From assembly GCF_006345805.1 (NCBI RefSeq), contig NC_043008.1, forward strand, positions 36,084,001-36,148,000: 64,000 bases of DNA, written 5' to 3'. Both the position numbers and the translations under genes were made by a program. Positions within the stretch are counted from its first letter, which is position 1. Each line of letters opens with the position of its first letter. This document shows positions 33,505-46,109 of this stretch, in pieces. The DNA is from Octopus sinensis (Eukaryota). The notes beneath the pieces were generated by a model, which saw only the letters and a program-made list of their open reading frames with translations, searched no databases and was not told where the DNA came from.

Positions 33505-36400
33505 TCATCATCATCATCATCATTTAACGTCCGCTTTCCATGCTAGCATGGGTTGGAAGGTTCAACTGGGGTCTGGGGAGCCCGAAGGCTGCACCAGTCC
33601 AGTCAGATCTGGCAGTGTTTCTACAGCTGGATGCCCTTCCTAACGCCAACCACTCCGAGAGTGTAGTGGGTGATTTTATGTGCCACTGACACAGGTGCCA
33701 GACGAGGCTGGCAAACGGCCACGCTCGGATGGTGTTTTTTATGTGCCACCGATACAGGTGCCAGACGAGGCTGGCAGATGGCCACGCTCGGATGGTGTTT
33801 TTATGTGCCACCGACACAGGTGCCAGATGAGGCTGGCAAACGGCCACGATCGGATGGTGTTTGTTACGTGCCCACAGCACGGAGGCCAGTCGATGCGTTA
33901 CTGGCTACGGCCACGTTCGGATGGTTTTCTTGTGTGCCACCGGCACTGGTACCGCAAAGATACAAATTCCATTGATGTTCATCTATTTTGATTTGTTTTG
34001 ATTTTTTTGATTTTTTTGATTTTCACTTGCCTCAACAGGTCTTCACAAGTGTCACAAGAAGGAAGGTATGCACAGGTGGACTGACTACGTCCCAGGTAGG
34101 GGCCACGGGTTATGGCCTGACTAGTCTTGCCGGGTCTTCGGATGGTGTTTTTATGTGCCACCGACATAGGTGCCAGATGAAGCTGGCGAACGGCCACGAT
34201 CGGATGGTGTTTGTTACGTGCCCACAGCACGGAGGCCAGTCGATGCGGTACTGGCTACGGCCACATTCGGATGGTTTTCTTGTGTGCCACCGGCACTGGT
34301 ACCACAAAGATACAAATTCCATTAATGTTCATCTATTTGATTTGTTTTGATTTGATATGATTTGATTTGATTTGATTTTCACTTGCCTCAACAGGTCTTC
34401 ACAAGTGTCACAAGAAGGAAGGTATGCACAGGTGGACTGACTACGTCCCAGGTAGGGGCCACAGGTTATGGCCTGACTAGTCTTGCCGGGTCTTCGGATG
34501 TGTTTTTATGTGCCACTGACACAGGTGCCAGATGAGGCTGGTGAACGGCCACGATCGGTTGGTGTTTGTTACGTGCCCACAGCACGGAGGCCAGTCGGTG
34601 CGGTACTGGCTACGGCCACGTTCGGATGGCTTTCTTGTGTGCCACCGGCACGTGCCCACAGCACGGAGGCCAGTTGGTGCGGTACTGGCTACGGCCACGT
34701 TCGGATGGATTTCTTGTGTGCCACCGGGACTGGTACCACAAAGATACAAATTCCATTGATGTTCATCTATTTTGATTTGTTTTGATTTGATTTGATTTTC
34801 ACTTGCCTCAACAGGTCTTCACAAGTGTCACAAGAAGGAAGGTATGCACAGGTGGACTGACTACGTCCCAGGTAGGGGCCACGGGTTATGGCCTGACTAG
34901 TTTTGCCGGGTCTTCGGAAGGTGTTTTTATGTGCCACCGACACAGGTGCCAGATGAGGCTGGCGAACGGCCACGATCGGATGGTGTTTGTTACGTGCCCA
35001 CAGCACGGAGGCCAGTCGGTGCGGAACTGGCTATGGCCACGTTCGGATGGTTTTCTTGTGTGCCACCGGCACTGGTACCACAAAGATACAAATTCCATTG
35101 ATGTTCATCTATTTTGATTTGTTTTGATTTTCACTTGCCTCAACAGGTCTTCACAAGTGTCACAAGAAGGAAGGTATGCACAGGTGGACTGACTACGTCC
35201 CAGGTAGGGGCCACGGGTTATGACCTGACTAGTCTTGCCGGGTCTTCGGATGGTGTTTTTATGTGCCACTGACACAGGTGCCAGATGAGGCTGGTGAACG
35301 GCCACGATCGGTTGGTGTTTGTTACGTGCCCACAGCACGGAGGCCAGTCGGTGCGGTACTGGCTACGGCCACGTTCGGATGGCTTTCTTGTGTGCCCACA
35401 TCACGGAGGCCAGTCGGTGCGGTACTGGCTACGGCCACGTTCGGATGGATTTCTTGTGTGCCACCGGGACTGGTACCACAAAGATACAAATTCCATTGAT
35501 GTTCATCTATTTTGATTTGTTTTGATTTGATTTGATTTTCACTTGCCTCAACAGGTCTTCACAAGTGTCACAAGAAGGAAGGTATGCACAGGTGGACTGA
35601 CTACGTCCCAGGTAGGGGCCACGGGTTATGGCCTGACTAGTTTTGCCGGGTCTTCGGAAGGTGTTTTTATGTGCCACCGACACAGGTGCCAGATGAGGCT
35701 GGCGAACGGCCACGATCGGATGGTGTTTGTTACGTGCCCACAGCACGGAGGCCAGTCGGTGCGGAACTGGCTATGGCCACGTTCGGATGGTTTTCTTGTG
35801 TGCCACCGGCACTGGTACCACAAAGATACAAATTCCATTGATGTTCATCTATTTTGATTTGTTTTGATTTTCACTTGCCTCAACAGGTCTTCACAAGTGT
35901 CACAAGAAGGAAGGTATGCACAGGTGGACTGACTACATCCCAGGTAGGGGCCACGGGTTATGACCTGACTAGTCTTGCCGGGTCTTCGGATGGTGTTTTT
36001 ATGTGCCACCGACACAGGTGCCATATGAGGCTGGCGAATGGCCACGATCGGATGGTGTTTGTCATGTGCCCACAGCACGGAGGCCAGTCGATGCGGTATT
36101 GGCTACGGCCATGTTCGGATGGATTTCTTGTGTGCCACCGGCACTGGTACCACAAAGATACAAATTCCATTGATGTTCATCTATTTTGATTTGTTTTGAT
36201 TGATTTTCACTTGCCTCAGCAGGTCTTCACAAGTGTCACAAGAAGGAAGGTATGCACAGGTGGACTGACTACGTTCCAGGTAGGGGCCACGGGTTATGGC
36301 CTGACTAGTCCTGCCGGGTCCTCTCATGCACAGCACACTTCCATAGGACTCGGTCTCTAGTCATTTCCTTGGTGAGACCTAAAGTTTGAAGGTCGTGATA
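33497..36400 (-). mobile_element. 5'-truncated RTE LINE with a tandemly expanded 3'UTR
   Basis: ORF end LQTLGLTKEMTRDRVLWKCAVHERTRQD* at about 36305-36395; (CAT)n tail at 33500-33523; array in between. Confidence 0.85.
33959..36320. repeat. Tandem array: six full units (350, 434, 342, 398, 342, 332 bp) plus a partial, with A-B-A'-B higher-order pattern
   Basis: Anchor GATACAAATTCC at 33959, 34309, 34743, 35085, 35483, 35825, 36157; identical ORFs offset by 740 bp. Confidence 0.95.
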
Positions 36401-36479
36401 TATATATATATATATATATGTACGTATGTTTGTGTGTTTCTGTTTGAGTTTTATTTAAAAGTTTTTTCAGAGAGTTCCT

Positions 36480-36610
36480 GGTGTATGTATGTATGTATGT
36501 ATGTATGTATTTATGTATGTATGTACGTATGTACATATGTATGAATGTATGTATGTAAGCATGCATGTATGTATGTATGTACGCATGTATGTATGCATGT
36601 TTGTATGTGT
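36480..36610. repeat. (TATG)n microsatellite; other TA/TG/TATC/TACA tracts at 16745-16830, 33410-33500, 38390-38840, 61260-61620
   Basis: Direct inspection. Confidence 0.95.
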
Positions 36611-37489
36611 ACAGGAGGCTCATCTTTTACCTATGGACACCTTTGATTCCTATCTTACCTCACTGGACCGCTATTGCCATTTGATGTTTAAAAAATCCTT
36701 TTGTATTTTTATAATTAAATATTAAGAATTGTTAAAATATTTTGTGTATCACAGAAGCATAGGCAATTTATTGCTGATAAATTTTAATAGCATAATCTTC
36801 TATGAAACCCCAAGGTTCCACAAAAGAATGCATTTGTATATATTGTGTTCCATGTTAGATTTAGATATAGACTAAAGAAGCTACAACTTTGACTAGTGAT
36901 TCTCTCACTGACAAACACCAAACTTGCCCCAAAACATATTTGTGAAATATTTTGCCCATACCCCTTATACTTTTCTAATGAGAAGATAAAACAGGGTTTG
37001 CATACACATAATTCTTCTTTCCTTGCCATTGTGCTGGACAATTTGAAAAAAGTTTAAAAACCAATTTGTTTCTCAAAGCTGACCAACACCTCCAAAATCC
37101 ATTAGAAACACTGGATAAGGTCTTCACAATCTGTAGAGAAGTCAAGATATCTAAAACATGCATGTTTTCAACTTGATGAATACAACTGAAACAATCATTA
37201 AATTAAAATAGTCACCTGTGTGTCATAATAAATAAATATATATATATATATTGTTGAAAAGCATGATGCTGTAGTGTTTATCTGAGAGAAAATCTTTTCA
37301 TAGAACGTTGTGTTAAAAACACAGTACAGTTTGAAGTGAGGCAAACATCACTGCAGTAGTGAATCACAACAATCACAAATGTATTTTGCCTTTATTGAAG
37401 CTTGTCAATGTTGTGCACTCGATTCTCACCTGCTTAAATGAAACTTATGCCTTAATATATATATATCTATATCTATATCTATATATATG

Positions 37490-37870
37490 AAAAGTACCAT
37501 TCAAGCATGGCCGATGCCAGTGCTACCTGACTGGCTCCCATGCCAGTGGCTCATAAAAAAAGCATCATTTAAGTGTGGTCGATGCCAGTGCCACCTGACT
37601 GGCACCCATGATTGTGGCATGTAAAAAGCACCATTCTAGTGTGGTCGATGCCAGTGCTACCTGGCTTGCTCCCATACCAGTGGCACATAAAGAGCACGCA
37701 CTATACTCTTGGAGTCATTGACATGAGGAAGGGCATTCATCTGCAGAAACCTTGCCAGATCAGATTGGAGTATGGTGCAACCTCCTGGCTTGCCAGTCTT
37801 CAGTCAAACCGTCCAACCCATGCCAGCATGGAAAGCAGACATTAAACAATGATGATGATGATGATGATGA
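37490..37870 (+). mobile_element. RTE 3'UTR fragment with subrepeats
   Basis: GATGCCAGTGC..TGACTGGC units, terminal core and (GAT)n. Confidence 0.85.
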
Positions 37871-38388
37871 TATATATATATATGAAACAGTGAATAAAGC
37901 ATTTACTGGTATTATGGAAAGCTCTTTTTATCTTGGTTTTAGAAATTTTCAGAGAATCAGATATCTGTGTGTTACATCAGATAAATGCACTGAAGTACAT
38001 AGAATGAGGTGTACTGGTTAAAAATACGCAACAAAATGCCTGCAAGGAATTCGTACTAAAGACATTTGATCTCCTAGTTGCTTTAAACTCCATATAACAA
38101 TATCCGTATGACCATTTTGCTTTAGATCTTCAATGTCTTGTATTTTCCAGTGCTGTTTTGAAGATACCGTACAGAAGATGAAATTACGATAATCAATGTT
38201 GGCAACCATAATGGGAAATATAATGATTACTTCATTTGGAAAAATTGCTTAAAAATTTGGTGTCTCAGGAGGAGACACAAGCTATGGAGCCAGACTTCTT
38301 TGTGATATAATATGATAAGGGAGTTTATTTTCTTTAACCAGATGTATTTTGCAGATAAACACATGCACACACACAATATGCATGAGTG

Positions 38389-38427
<39 letters not shown>

Positions 38428-38440
38428 AGGTATATATATT

Positions 38441-38509
<69 letters not shown>

Positions 38510-38719
38510 CACATATATATATACAGATATATGTATATGGGTTTGTGGGTATGTATGAATGTATGATATGTGTGTATGTGTGTGTATATATATGTATATA
38601 TATTTGTGTGTTTCTATATCTATGTATCTATTTTTTATATAAAATACATATACATACATACATCCATAAACACACACAAGGTATATAGATGTATTGATAG
38701 ATAGATTGATAGATAATCA

Positions 38720-38769
<50 letters not shown>

Positions 38770-38797
38770 GTTATATATATGGATATATACACAAGTG

Positions 38798-38829
<32 letters not shown>

Positions 38830-39410
38830 TACACATACACATGGGCATACACAGGTGTCCCATAAGTGAGGCAGCTTTTTTAATATGTTTCATTAGAACA
38901 GCTTGACACTGTTATGCTACACTAACACATATTGATGATATCTTAAATCACAATCTGATAGTGAACCAGTTGCTTTTCCCCTTCCAAATTTTTCTGTGAA
39001 GTTTCACTAAGCTTAAAGACTTAATTTTTTCAAATATTTTCCTCTGGAGATTTTTTATGTATTGCAATCTCTTTTATTTATTTACATTTAGTTAGAAGGA
39101 AAACTCCGGGCGCCATGTCATGATGACATCTGGAAAGCCTGCACCCCATCAAAGACTTATGATGCTAATGTGGGTACTGTATGGCTGGGATGTTAGGAAA
39201 TTTATGTTTAGGAGAAACAAAGACAGAGAAGACTAGTTTGACTTACCAGAAATAGCAGCCAAATTTCCTACAAATCACTGTTATGAAAAGATGGGAGTGT
39301 CATAACTGGAATGCTTTTGATCATAGGTCTGTATAATCAGGGCTGGCCTGGTGGTGAATAACAAAGTTATACAGAAATATTATGAGATTTTTAATCAAGA
39401 GTTGACTTGC

Positions 39411-39707
39411 TCTTCTTAGAGGAATGGGCAGCAGAAACCTGCACAAGGTGGAGCAATAACAGGTCTGAGATGCCCTTAAATGTCTACCCTGGAGATATCA
39501 GTAAGCACATCTTCTCCAGTCGAAGAGAGTTGGGAAACCTCTGAGCCACTTCCCATGATAAGGATCAGGGCCTGGAATTAACCCTGTAAACCAGAAATTT
39601 CCCATAGGTGTGGGCCATTGGCCCCACGTTGAGCATATCCCTACCCTTTGTACTTACTGCCCATCACTATCACTGATTGAATGGTTCAGTGAGATCCTTG
39701 GATTTGG
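39411..39707 (+). pseudogene. Decayed 18S rRNA gene fragment (3' region)
   Basis: CTTCTTAGAGG, GAGCAATAACAGGTCTGAGATGCCCTTAAATGTC and TCCCTACCCTTTGTACTTACTGCCCATCACT..GATTGAATGGTTCAGTGAG are collinear with conserved 18S GAGCAATAACAGGTCTGTGATGCCCTTAGATGT and GTCCCTGCCCTTTGTACACACCGCCCGTCGCT. Confidence 0.88.
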
Positions 39708-39873
39708 TTGATGAGTCTGCTTATGCACAGCAACATTCTGCACAGTTGTTGGCATTTTACTGATGGTCCAGAGAAGCTGACTGAACCAGATTGCTTTGAG
39801 AAAATAAAAGTCAAATATTCTCACACTCATCATATACAAAAAGTGGGATGGTCAAAGCTGGAATGGCTTTCAA

Positions 39874-40208
39874 CATGTTTGTACATTAAACAACACCAGT
39901 AGTATAGACAAATAGAGAGCCTTTATTCAGTTGTTGGTTTGCTAAAAATATCTGCCAAATTTTCTTTGAATCATTGCTATGATACAAGAAAAGTGGGATG
40001 GCCAACGCTGGAATGCATTTCATATTAGTTCTGTATGATCATGTTTGTATATTAAACAACACCAGTAGTATAGACAAATAGAGAGCCTTTATTCAGTTGT
40101 TGGTTTGCTAAAAATATCTGCCAAATTTTCTTTGAATCATTGCTATGATACAAGAAAAGTGGGATGGCCAACGCTGGAATGCATTTCATATTAGTTCTGT
40201 ATGATCAT
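39874..40208. repeat. Near-identical 166-bp tandem duplication
   Basis: Copies start at 39874 and 40040; one mismatch seen. Confidence 0.92.
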
Positions 40209-40379
40209 TGGAAGCCTGGTGCTGAACAACAATGACGACAATGATGATGACGATGGCGACGGTGGTTGCATCGGCGTTGGCGTCAGCATCAATGACAAGA
40301 ACAGTAGCAACAGCAAAAACAACACAAACAAATAGGGAAATATTTGGTGATTGTAATTGTGAAGCCAAGTAATTTTAGT

Positions 40380-40830
40380 AACTTTGGAGGTTTTAGTTGC
40401 ATGTCGTCCATGGATAGGAGTGGTGGAATATAAGATTTCATAAGAATGGTGCCAGTGTATTGAAATCTGAGGAGTGAAGTGTAAGTTTCATCAGCACAGG
40501 AGAACATGTGTTGCTTAAAATGAAAGTGAAGAGCCTCAAGAGGCCCAACATGCAGAAGGATGGGCATTAGAGATATAACTGGACCTTTGAGGCACATTAG
40601 AGTTGACTGAAGGTGAACCCCTATCAATGTAATTAACAATGGAGCAGCCTGGTCTAGAAGCTTCCATTCAGAAGGATTAGAACTGGAAAAAGTTCATATG
40701 ATGGAAACTTAGACAGAACTGAACTCTTTACTGGTGTCAGGAGCAACATGACTTTCACCAAATTTTGCAAGGACAAGAAACTGCTGGCACCTGATATAGG
40801 AAAGCATATCTTTAGAAGGTCTGGCACTTC
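40380..40830 (-). pseudogene. Decayed CR1/Jockey-group LINE reverse transcriptase
   Basis: FGESHVAPDTSKEFSSV (cf. FGE..VALDISKAFDRV), SVNSNVPQ (cf. GVPQGS), FSCADET (cf. YADD). Confidence 0.65.
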
Positions 40831-42004
40831 AAGCACCATAGTGATAGTCACTAAGAAGCCCAAAAAGATTAAAAGGAATAAAATAGGGGGTTGTTTATGT
40901 TTGTTTCTTTCATCTTTGAGATGATTGAAGAAAGAGGAATTGGGCAATAATTAACAGAATTGAAAAAGCAACATTTTGAGGATGAAATATGCAGATGGAA
41001 TATAGGCTTAGCCAAGATCCGTAATGAGCCTAGGATTCATAAGACTGGAGCAAAACCCAGTTCCTGTCACCGAGATTACAATATTATCTCTCCTTGAAGT
41101 AGACACTGCTCTATATCAAATTTAACTCCCCAGTTATTGGAAGAACTCATTTGCAGGTGAGTCAACTGGAGTAACATGAAAAGAAGTAAACTGTTGTGAG
41201 GTGAAGATGGGAGACCATTATGATTGGTCTCCTCATTGGATTGGAATGATCAAAGAAGTTGCCATTGATTAGTCTCTGGTTAGTTCTGAGTGAGTAAACC
41301 TATGATCAAAAGCATTCCAGCCATGACCATCTCATCTTTTGCTCTGGACTACCCTTTCTAATTTGTACCCTTTCTAAGATACTAGGGTGTTGCTTGAGGA
41401 AGAAACGGCCATTATTTCAATCAAGTCAAAGGACCATAAGAAGCTTCCTTATTGGCTTGTAATCAAAGACTGCATGTAGTGGGGGAGGTGGAGGTCAATT
41501 AGTGGAATGTGGTGGTGGTGGTGGCGGGGAGCATTTAAGAGAATTTTTATTGAGCATATACAATCTTTTATTGTATACTTGTTTCAGTTTTTGAATTATG
41601 GTCATGTAGGAGCACTGCCCTGAAGGGTTTGGTTAAACAAATCGACCCTAGCACTTATATTTTTAAGTCTGATACTTATTCTATCAGCCTCTTTTTCTGA
41701 ACTGCTAAGTTATAGGGATGTAAACAAACCAACACTGGTTGTCAAGTGGTAGTGATGGAGGTACAAATGCAAACACAAAGACATACACTCTTATGCATAT
41801 CCTCCTCCTCCTCCTCCTCCTCCTCCTCCTCATCATCATCATCATTTAATGTCTGTCTTCCATGCTGGCATGGATTGGATGGTTTGATGGGAGCTAACAA
41901 ACCTAAAGACTTCACCAAGTTCCACTATTTGGTTTGGTATGGTTTTTGAAAGATGGATACCCTTCCTAAGTAACCATTATATATTTCAGGCATAAAAAAC
42001 CCCA

Positions 42005-42251
42005 CTATATTTAAAAGACGAGGAATTCTGTACATTATTTATATTATTTACATTTGACGGATATTTGTCCTCATCTTGTTTGTTGTTAACACAACGTTTT
42101 GGCTGATATACCCTCCAGCCTTCATCAGGTGTCTTGGGGAAATTTTGAACCTGGGTTCTCATTCCTAAGGTATTTTTCGTTGTTATTATCACTATTATTA
42201 TTATTTGATGAGGATAAATATCCGTCAAATGTAAATAATGTAAATAATGTA
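42005..42251 (-). mobile_element. Penelope-like non-autonomous element with hammerhead motif and inverted 3'-end copy
   Basis: Homologous to 3612-3925; inverted arm 42207-42251 versus about 42030-42075. Confidence 0.7.
42088..42133 (-). ncRNA. Minimal hammerhead motif with G12-to-A change
   Basis: GACAC-CTGATGA-A-GGCTG-GAGGGTATAT-CAGCC-AAAACGTT-GTGTT. Confidence 0.65.
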
Positions 42252-42524
42252 TAAAAACCCCTTATCAAAAGAATATGGTTTAGAAATGCGAGTTTATGTA
42301 GATTCTACCATTTAGATTGCTGAATGGGCAGTGACCCTGTGTTGTCTGGTGAATGTGTTAATAGCAGCAGTTCCTCAAAAATGGTATTGTCAGTGGCCAT
42401 GGAGTCATAGTAGGAGTGGTGTTGGATGGCTAGTTCTAGGCTGGCCACAAGACATTAGTTGACCAGGGGCTAGAATGAAAGGCACTTTCTCAAGGTGGAA
42501 CTGAACACAAAGCCAAATGGTTGC

Positions 42525-42760
42525 TTCTTATTTCTTTATTGCCCACAAGGGGCTAAACATAGAGGGGACAAAAAAGGACAGACAAAGGGATTAAGTCAAT
42601 TACATCGACCCCAGTGCATAACTGGTACTTAATTTAATGACCCTGAAAGGATGAAAGGCAAAGTCGACCTTGGTGGAATTTAAACTCAGAACGTAACGGC
42701 AGACGAAATACTGCTAAGCATTTCGCCCGGCGTGTTAACAATTCTGCCGACTCACCGCTT
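42525..42760 (-). mobile_element. SINE family A
   Basis: Near full-length match to the 13670 copy. Confidence 0.9.
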
Positions 42761-43649
42761 CTTAACCAATAACCATGCCGACACTGTGGGTTCTGAAGTA
42801 AATATAGATGCAAATGTTATATTGTGGCTTTATCTAAAGAGATCTCAGCCATGACTAAGCCGTATCAACTCAGAATAATCACAGATCTCTATCTCAGTCA
42901 AGACTAAAACATGAAGGCTTAGCCATGGCTACAGGGTCACAAGCCACTTCACTTCTGAATAGCTGTTGACTCTTTATAGGATTTTGGTCTACATTAGATT
43001 GGATGACAGCTCATGTGTCCAGCAACAGCACAGTTGATATGCGTAACATTTCTCAACTGCATCAGCTAAAAAAAAGCAAAAAAAAATCCAAAAAAGAGAA
43101 CAAAAACGAAAGGAGACCATTCTACTAACATTCTCAGGAATGCTACAGCAACATATATACCATTATATTTCAATCCTTCTCGTTGTCGTCATTCTCTTTG
43201 TTGTTGTCATCATCGTCAGCATCAATACCATTGTCGGCATCATCATCATTATCATTGTTATCATCATCATCATCATCACTGCTACTACAACCACTGCTGT
43301 CACTACCACCACCACCACCAATATCGCCATCATCATCATTACAGCCAGCATCCCACCACCATCAACACCACTGCCATCGCTGACATCACAGCAGCTGGCT
43401 CTCTTTCCACTCCCATCATCATCATCTCCACCACTACCACCACCACCACTGCCGATGCCACTATCAGATATAATCTACTTTCAGCCAGATGAAAATCACA
43501 TCTTGCCATCTCAATCTTTCTTGTGCAATCATTATCCATTCCTCTGTATTTTAAGTTCTTCCAATTTCTTAATATTTATCCAACCCATGCCAGCATGGAA
43601 AGCAGACGTTAAACGATGATGATGATGATGATGATATCATCCAAGTAAT

Positions 43650-44400
43650 TTTTGACTTTTTCTTCCTCCTCTCCTCATTTCCTCATTTTGCTTTCTATTA
43701 ACACTTTTTGGAAACCATTTTTTGCAATTATGTTCTCCAAACCATTTTAGTCTTCTTTCTTTGATATCTGATTAAATTTTCTTGACTTTTGCCATTTTTA
43801 ATATGTAGCATTGGTTCTGAGTTCCATCTTTGATAGTCTCAAAAGTTTTCTATGCATCTACATTTCAAATGCTTGATTATGTCCAAAGTGATGAGGTGGC
43901 AGAATTGTTAACCATGCCAAAAAAATGCTTACTGACATTTCTTCCAGCTTTACATTCTGAATTCAGATTCCACCAAGGTCTACTTTATCTTTCATCCTTT
44001 CAGAATCAATAAAATAAGTACCAGTTGAACACAGGGCTTGATGTAATTAACTTATTCCCTCCCCTAAAACTGCTGGTCTTGTGCCAAAATTTGAAACAAA
44101 TATATTTGACCGTGTCCATATTTCAACTCCATTTAATAAGATGGCCCATACATGCCATTTTAATAACATATTCCAAGTTCTGATATCAATATTTCTTGAT
44201 GCTAGTGTGTTTAACATTTTTTTTAAAAATGACTTTCTAAATACTTCAATTCTTCTTATGATTTCTGCTGCATGTTTCCCATTTTCTGATTGGATATTTC
44301 ATGTATGATGTATCTCTGCTATCTCTTAATTTGGTTTTCCTTCAATTATGAAATCTATTTCTGCTTCATGTTGCTTCATGTTGATTACCATTTATATTCC
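43650..44400 (-). mobile_element. Decayed RTE LINE C-terminal region interrupted by a plus-strand SINE A (about 43890-44100)
   Basis: SENGKHAAEIIRRIE..SRNIDIRT..VWAILLNGVEIWT; DIKERRLKWFG. Confidence 0.7.
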
Positions 44401-44524
44401 ATATACAGGCACACCATGCATTAGGAAAACTCTGGTTAGAGAATTCTGCAGTAATGGAAATTGTAAAGAATGAGTTCTAATTTTAGGCTACAGCCCTATA
44501 AGTTCAACCTTATGGAAACTTTAC

Positions 44525-44736
44525 TAACCCTTTAACTACTCTGTTAAATGTATATTTGTTCACATTGCTTTGAATTAATCATGCTTTATCTTGTTACTTT
44601 AAAATGTCAATGACGTCACTTTTAATGCTCAAAATGGAATTATAGGGTAGGTGTGCAAGGTCAGATCTGATTAATTTGAACATAGAACAGGTAGAATATT
44701 TGGGTTACTTATGGTTAGTTTAAATGCTAAAGGGCC
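44525..44736. mobile_element. Degenerate MITE with CCCTTTA/TAAAGGG ends (piggyBac-like termini)
   Basis: AACCCTTTA.. left and ..AATGCTAAAGGG right; TTAA target sites not intact. Confidence 0.4.
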
Positions 44737-44944
44737 AAATTATTAATTTTTTTGTTGATTTTTACCAGCCAGGACATGTTTTGTCCTTCATCTACCTTAT
44801 TGCTGAATGTATAAATTCAATTCACCTTGTTTTCATTAAGATCAATGAAAAAGATCAGAATCAACTTGATTGGGATTTCAAGTTTCACCTATTGATTTGT
44901 TTTACTTTAAATTTCACTCTACCTTCAGTAGAGAGCTACACCAG

Positions 44945-45152
44945 TGTGTGTGTGTGTGGTGTGTGTGTGTGTGTGTGTTTTGTGTGTGTGTGTGTGTGTG
45001 TGTTTTGCGGTGTGTTTTGCGGTGTGTGTGTTGGTGTGTGTGTGCGTGTTAGTGTGTATGTGAGTTTCTGTATGTGTGTTGGTGTGTATGTGTGTGTGTG
45101 TTGGTGTGCATCTGTGTTTGTGTGTTTATGTGTGTGTGTTGGTATGTATGTA

Positions 45153-45189
<37 letters not shown>

Positions 45190-45400
45190 GTGCATGTGTG
45201 CTTGTTGCTGTGTGTGTTGGTGTGTATATGTGTATCTGTGTGTCTGTATGTGTATGTGTTTGTGTGTGTGAGTGTGTGTGTGAGTGTGTGTGTGTGTGTG
45301 TGTGAGTGTGTGTGTGTGTATTTGTGTATGTATATGCGAGTGTTGGGGTGTGTGTGTGTGTATGTGTGTGTATGCATACATATATTGATACATGTGTAGC
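44945..45400. repeat. Compound (TG)n microsatellite
   Basis: Direct inspection. Confidence 0.95.
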
Positions 45401-46109
45401 ATGTCTGTATAAGCTTTAGTTAAAACATGTATTTTTGGATCTCGGGGTAGGTTCAAATAACATTGCCAGTTTACAGCTTTACTCAGTTGTGATTGGCTGA
45501 ATTAACTAACTCCCTTGGATAGGCATTCTCTGCTACATGCCATTGTCAATTATATAATGTCACTGCCGCGATTGGTCAATCGAGTTACTTTCAGCTCCTG
45601 ATCTTGCTTTTCTAAAGGGCTCCCGACATGCAGTTTTGTTCTATCATGTAAATGCTGGCCTCTCACACACAAGAACGTTTCTTCCACGTGCGCAGGCAGA
45701 ATAGACCAAACTCAATGTTGTTACCTTTATACTATCTAGAAAACACTTCTATCAAGTCTCCTTTCTATACATATGAAGTGCAACTAATATCTTCACGCAT
45801 TCATTCATTTACTACACACCAGAGATGTTTCTATCAAATACTGTACTTTTCTATACACAACTCTATGCAAGGTAATTCATGTGTAACTCACTACTACAAT
45901 GAAACTTTATAATCTTAAAGTGAGTTGTTATTGTATATCAATGAACACATGAATATAGTTGGTGACATCTGTCTGCCACCACTACTATTTAACAGCCACC
46001 GTTGACATCGTCATCTTCAACCCACAACCATGGAGTCAACCTGATGTGAGAACAACTTCTGTCGAACTAATAACCAACAGACTATATTAAGCTGGTGGTA
46101 TCAAGTATC

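Noticed and set aside
33660-36320. CRISPR-like or coding interpretation of the repeat array and its many 70-120 aa ORFs
   Set aside because: No unique spacers and no cas genes; the units are homologous along their whole length and lie inside an RTE 3'UTR. The ORFs appear on both strands as by-products of GC-rich repeats.
36780-37200. Decayed transposase around the NCPAQWQG motif (minus strand)
   Set aside because: Equally weak resemblance to Harbinger, Sola and pogo motifs with inconsistent spacing; not assignable by eye.
42847-42930. 15-bp inverted repeat AGCCATGACTAAGCC / GGCTTAGCCATGGCT
   Set aside because: Single short imperfect inverted repeat with no target duplication or second copy in the window.
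44724-45456. Long CV/HT/YI dipeptide ORFs (also 51498-52246, 3308-3663, 60713-61690)
   Set aside because: Pure di- and tetranucleotide microsatellite frames.
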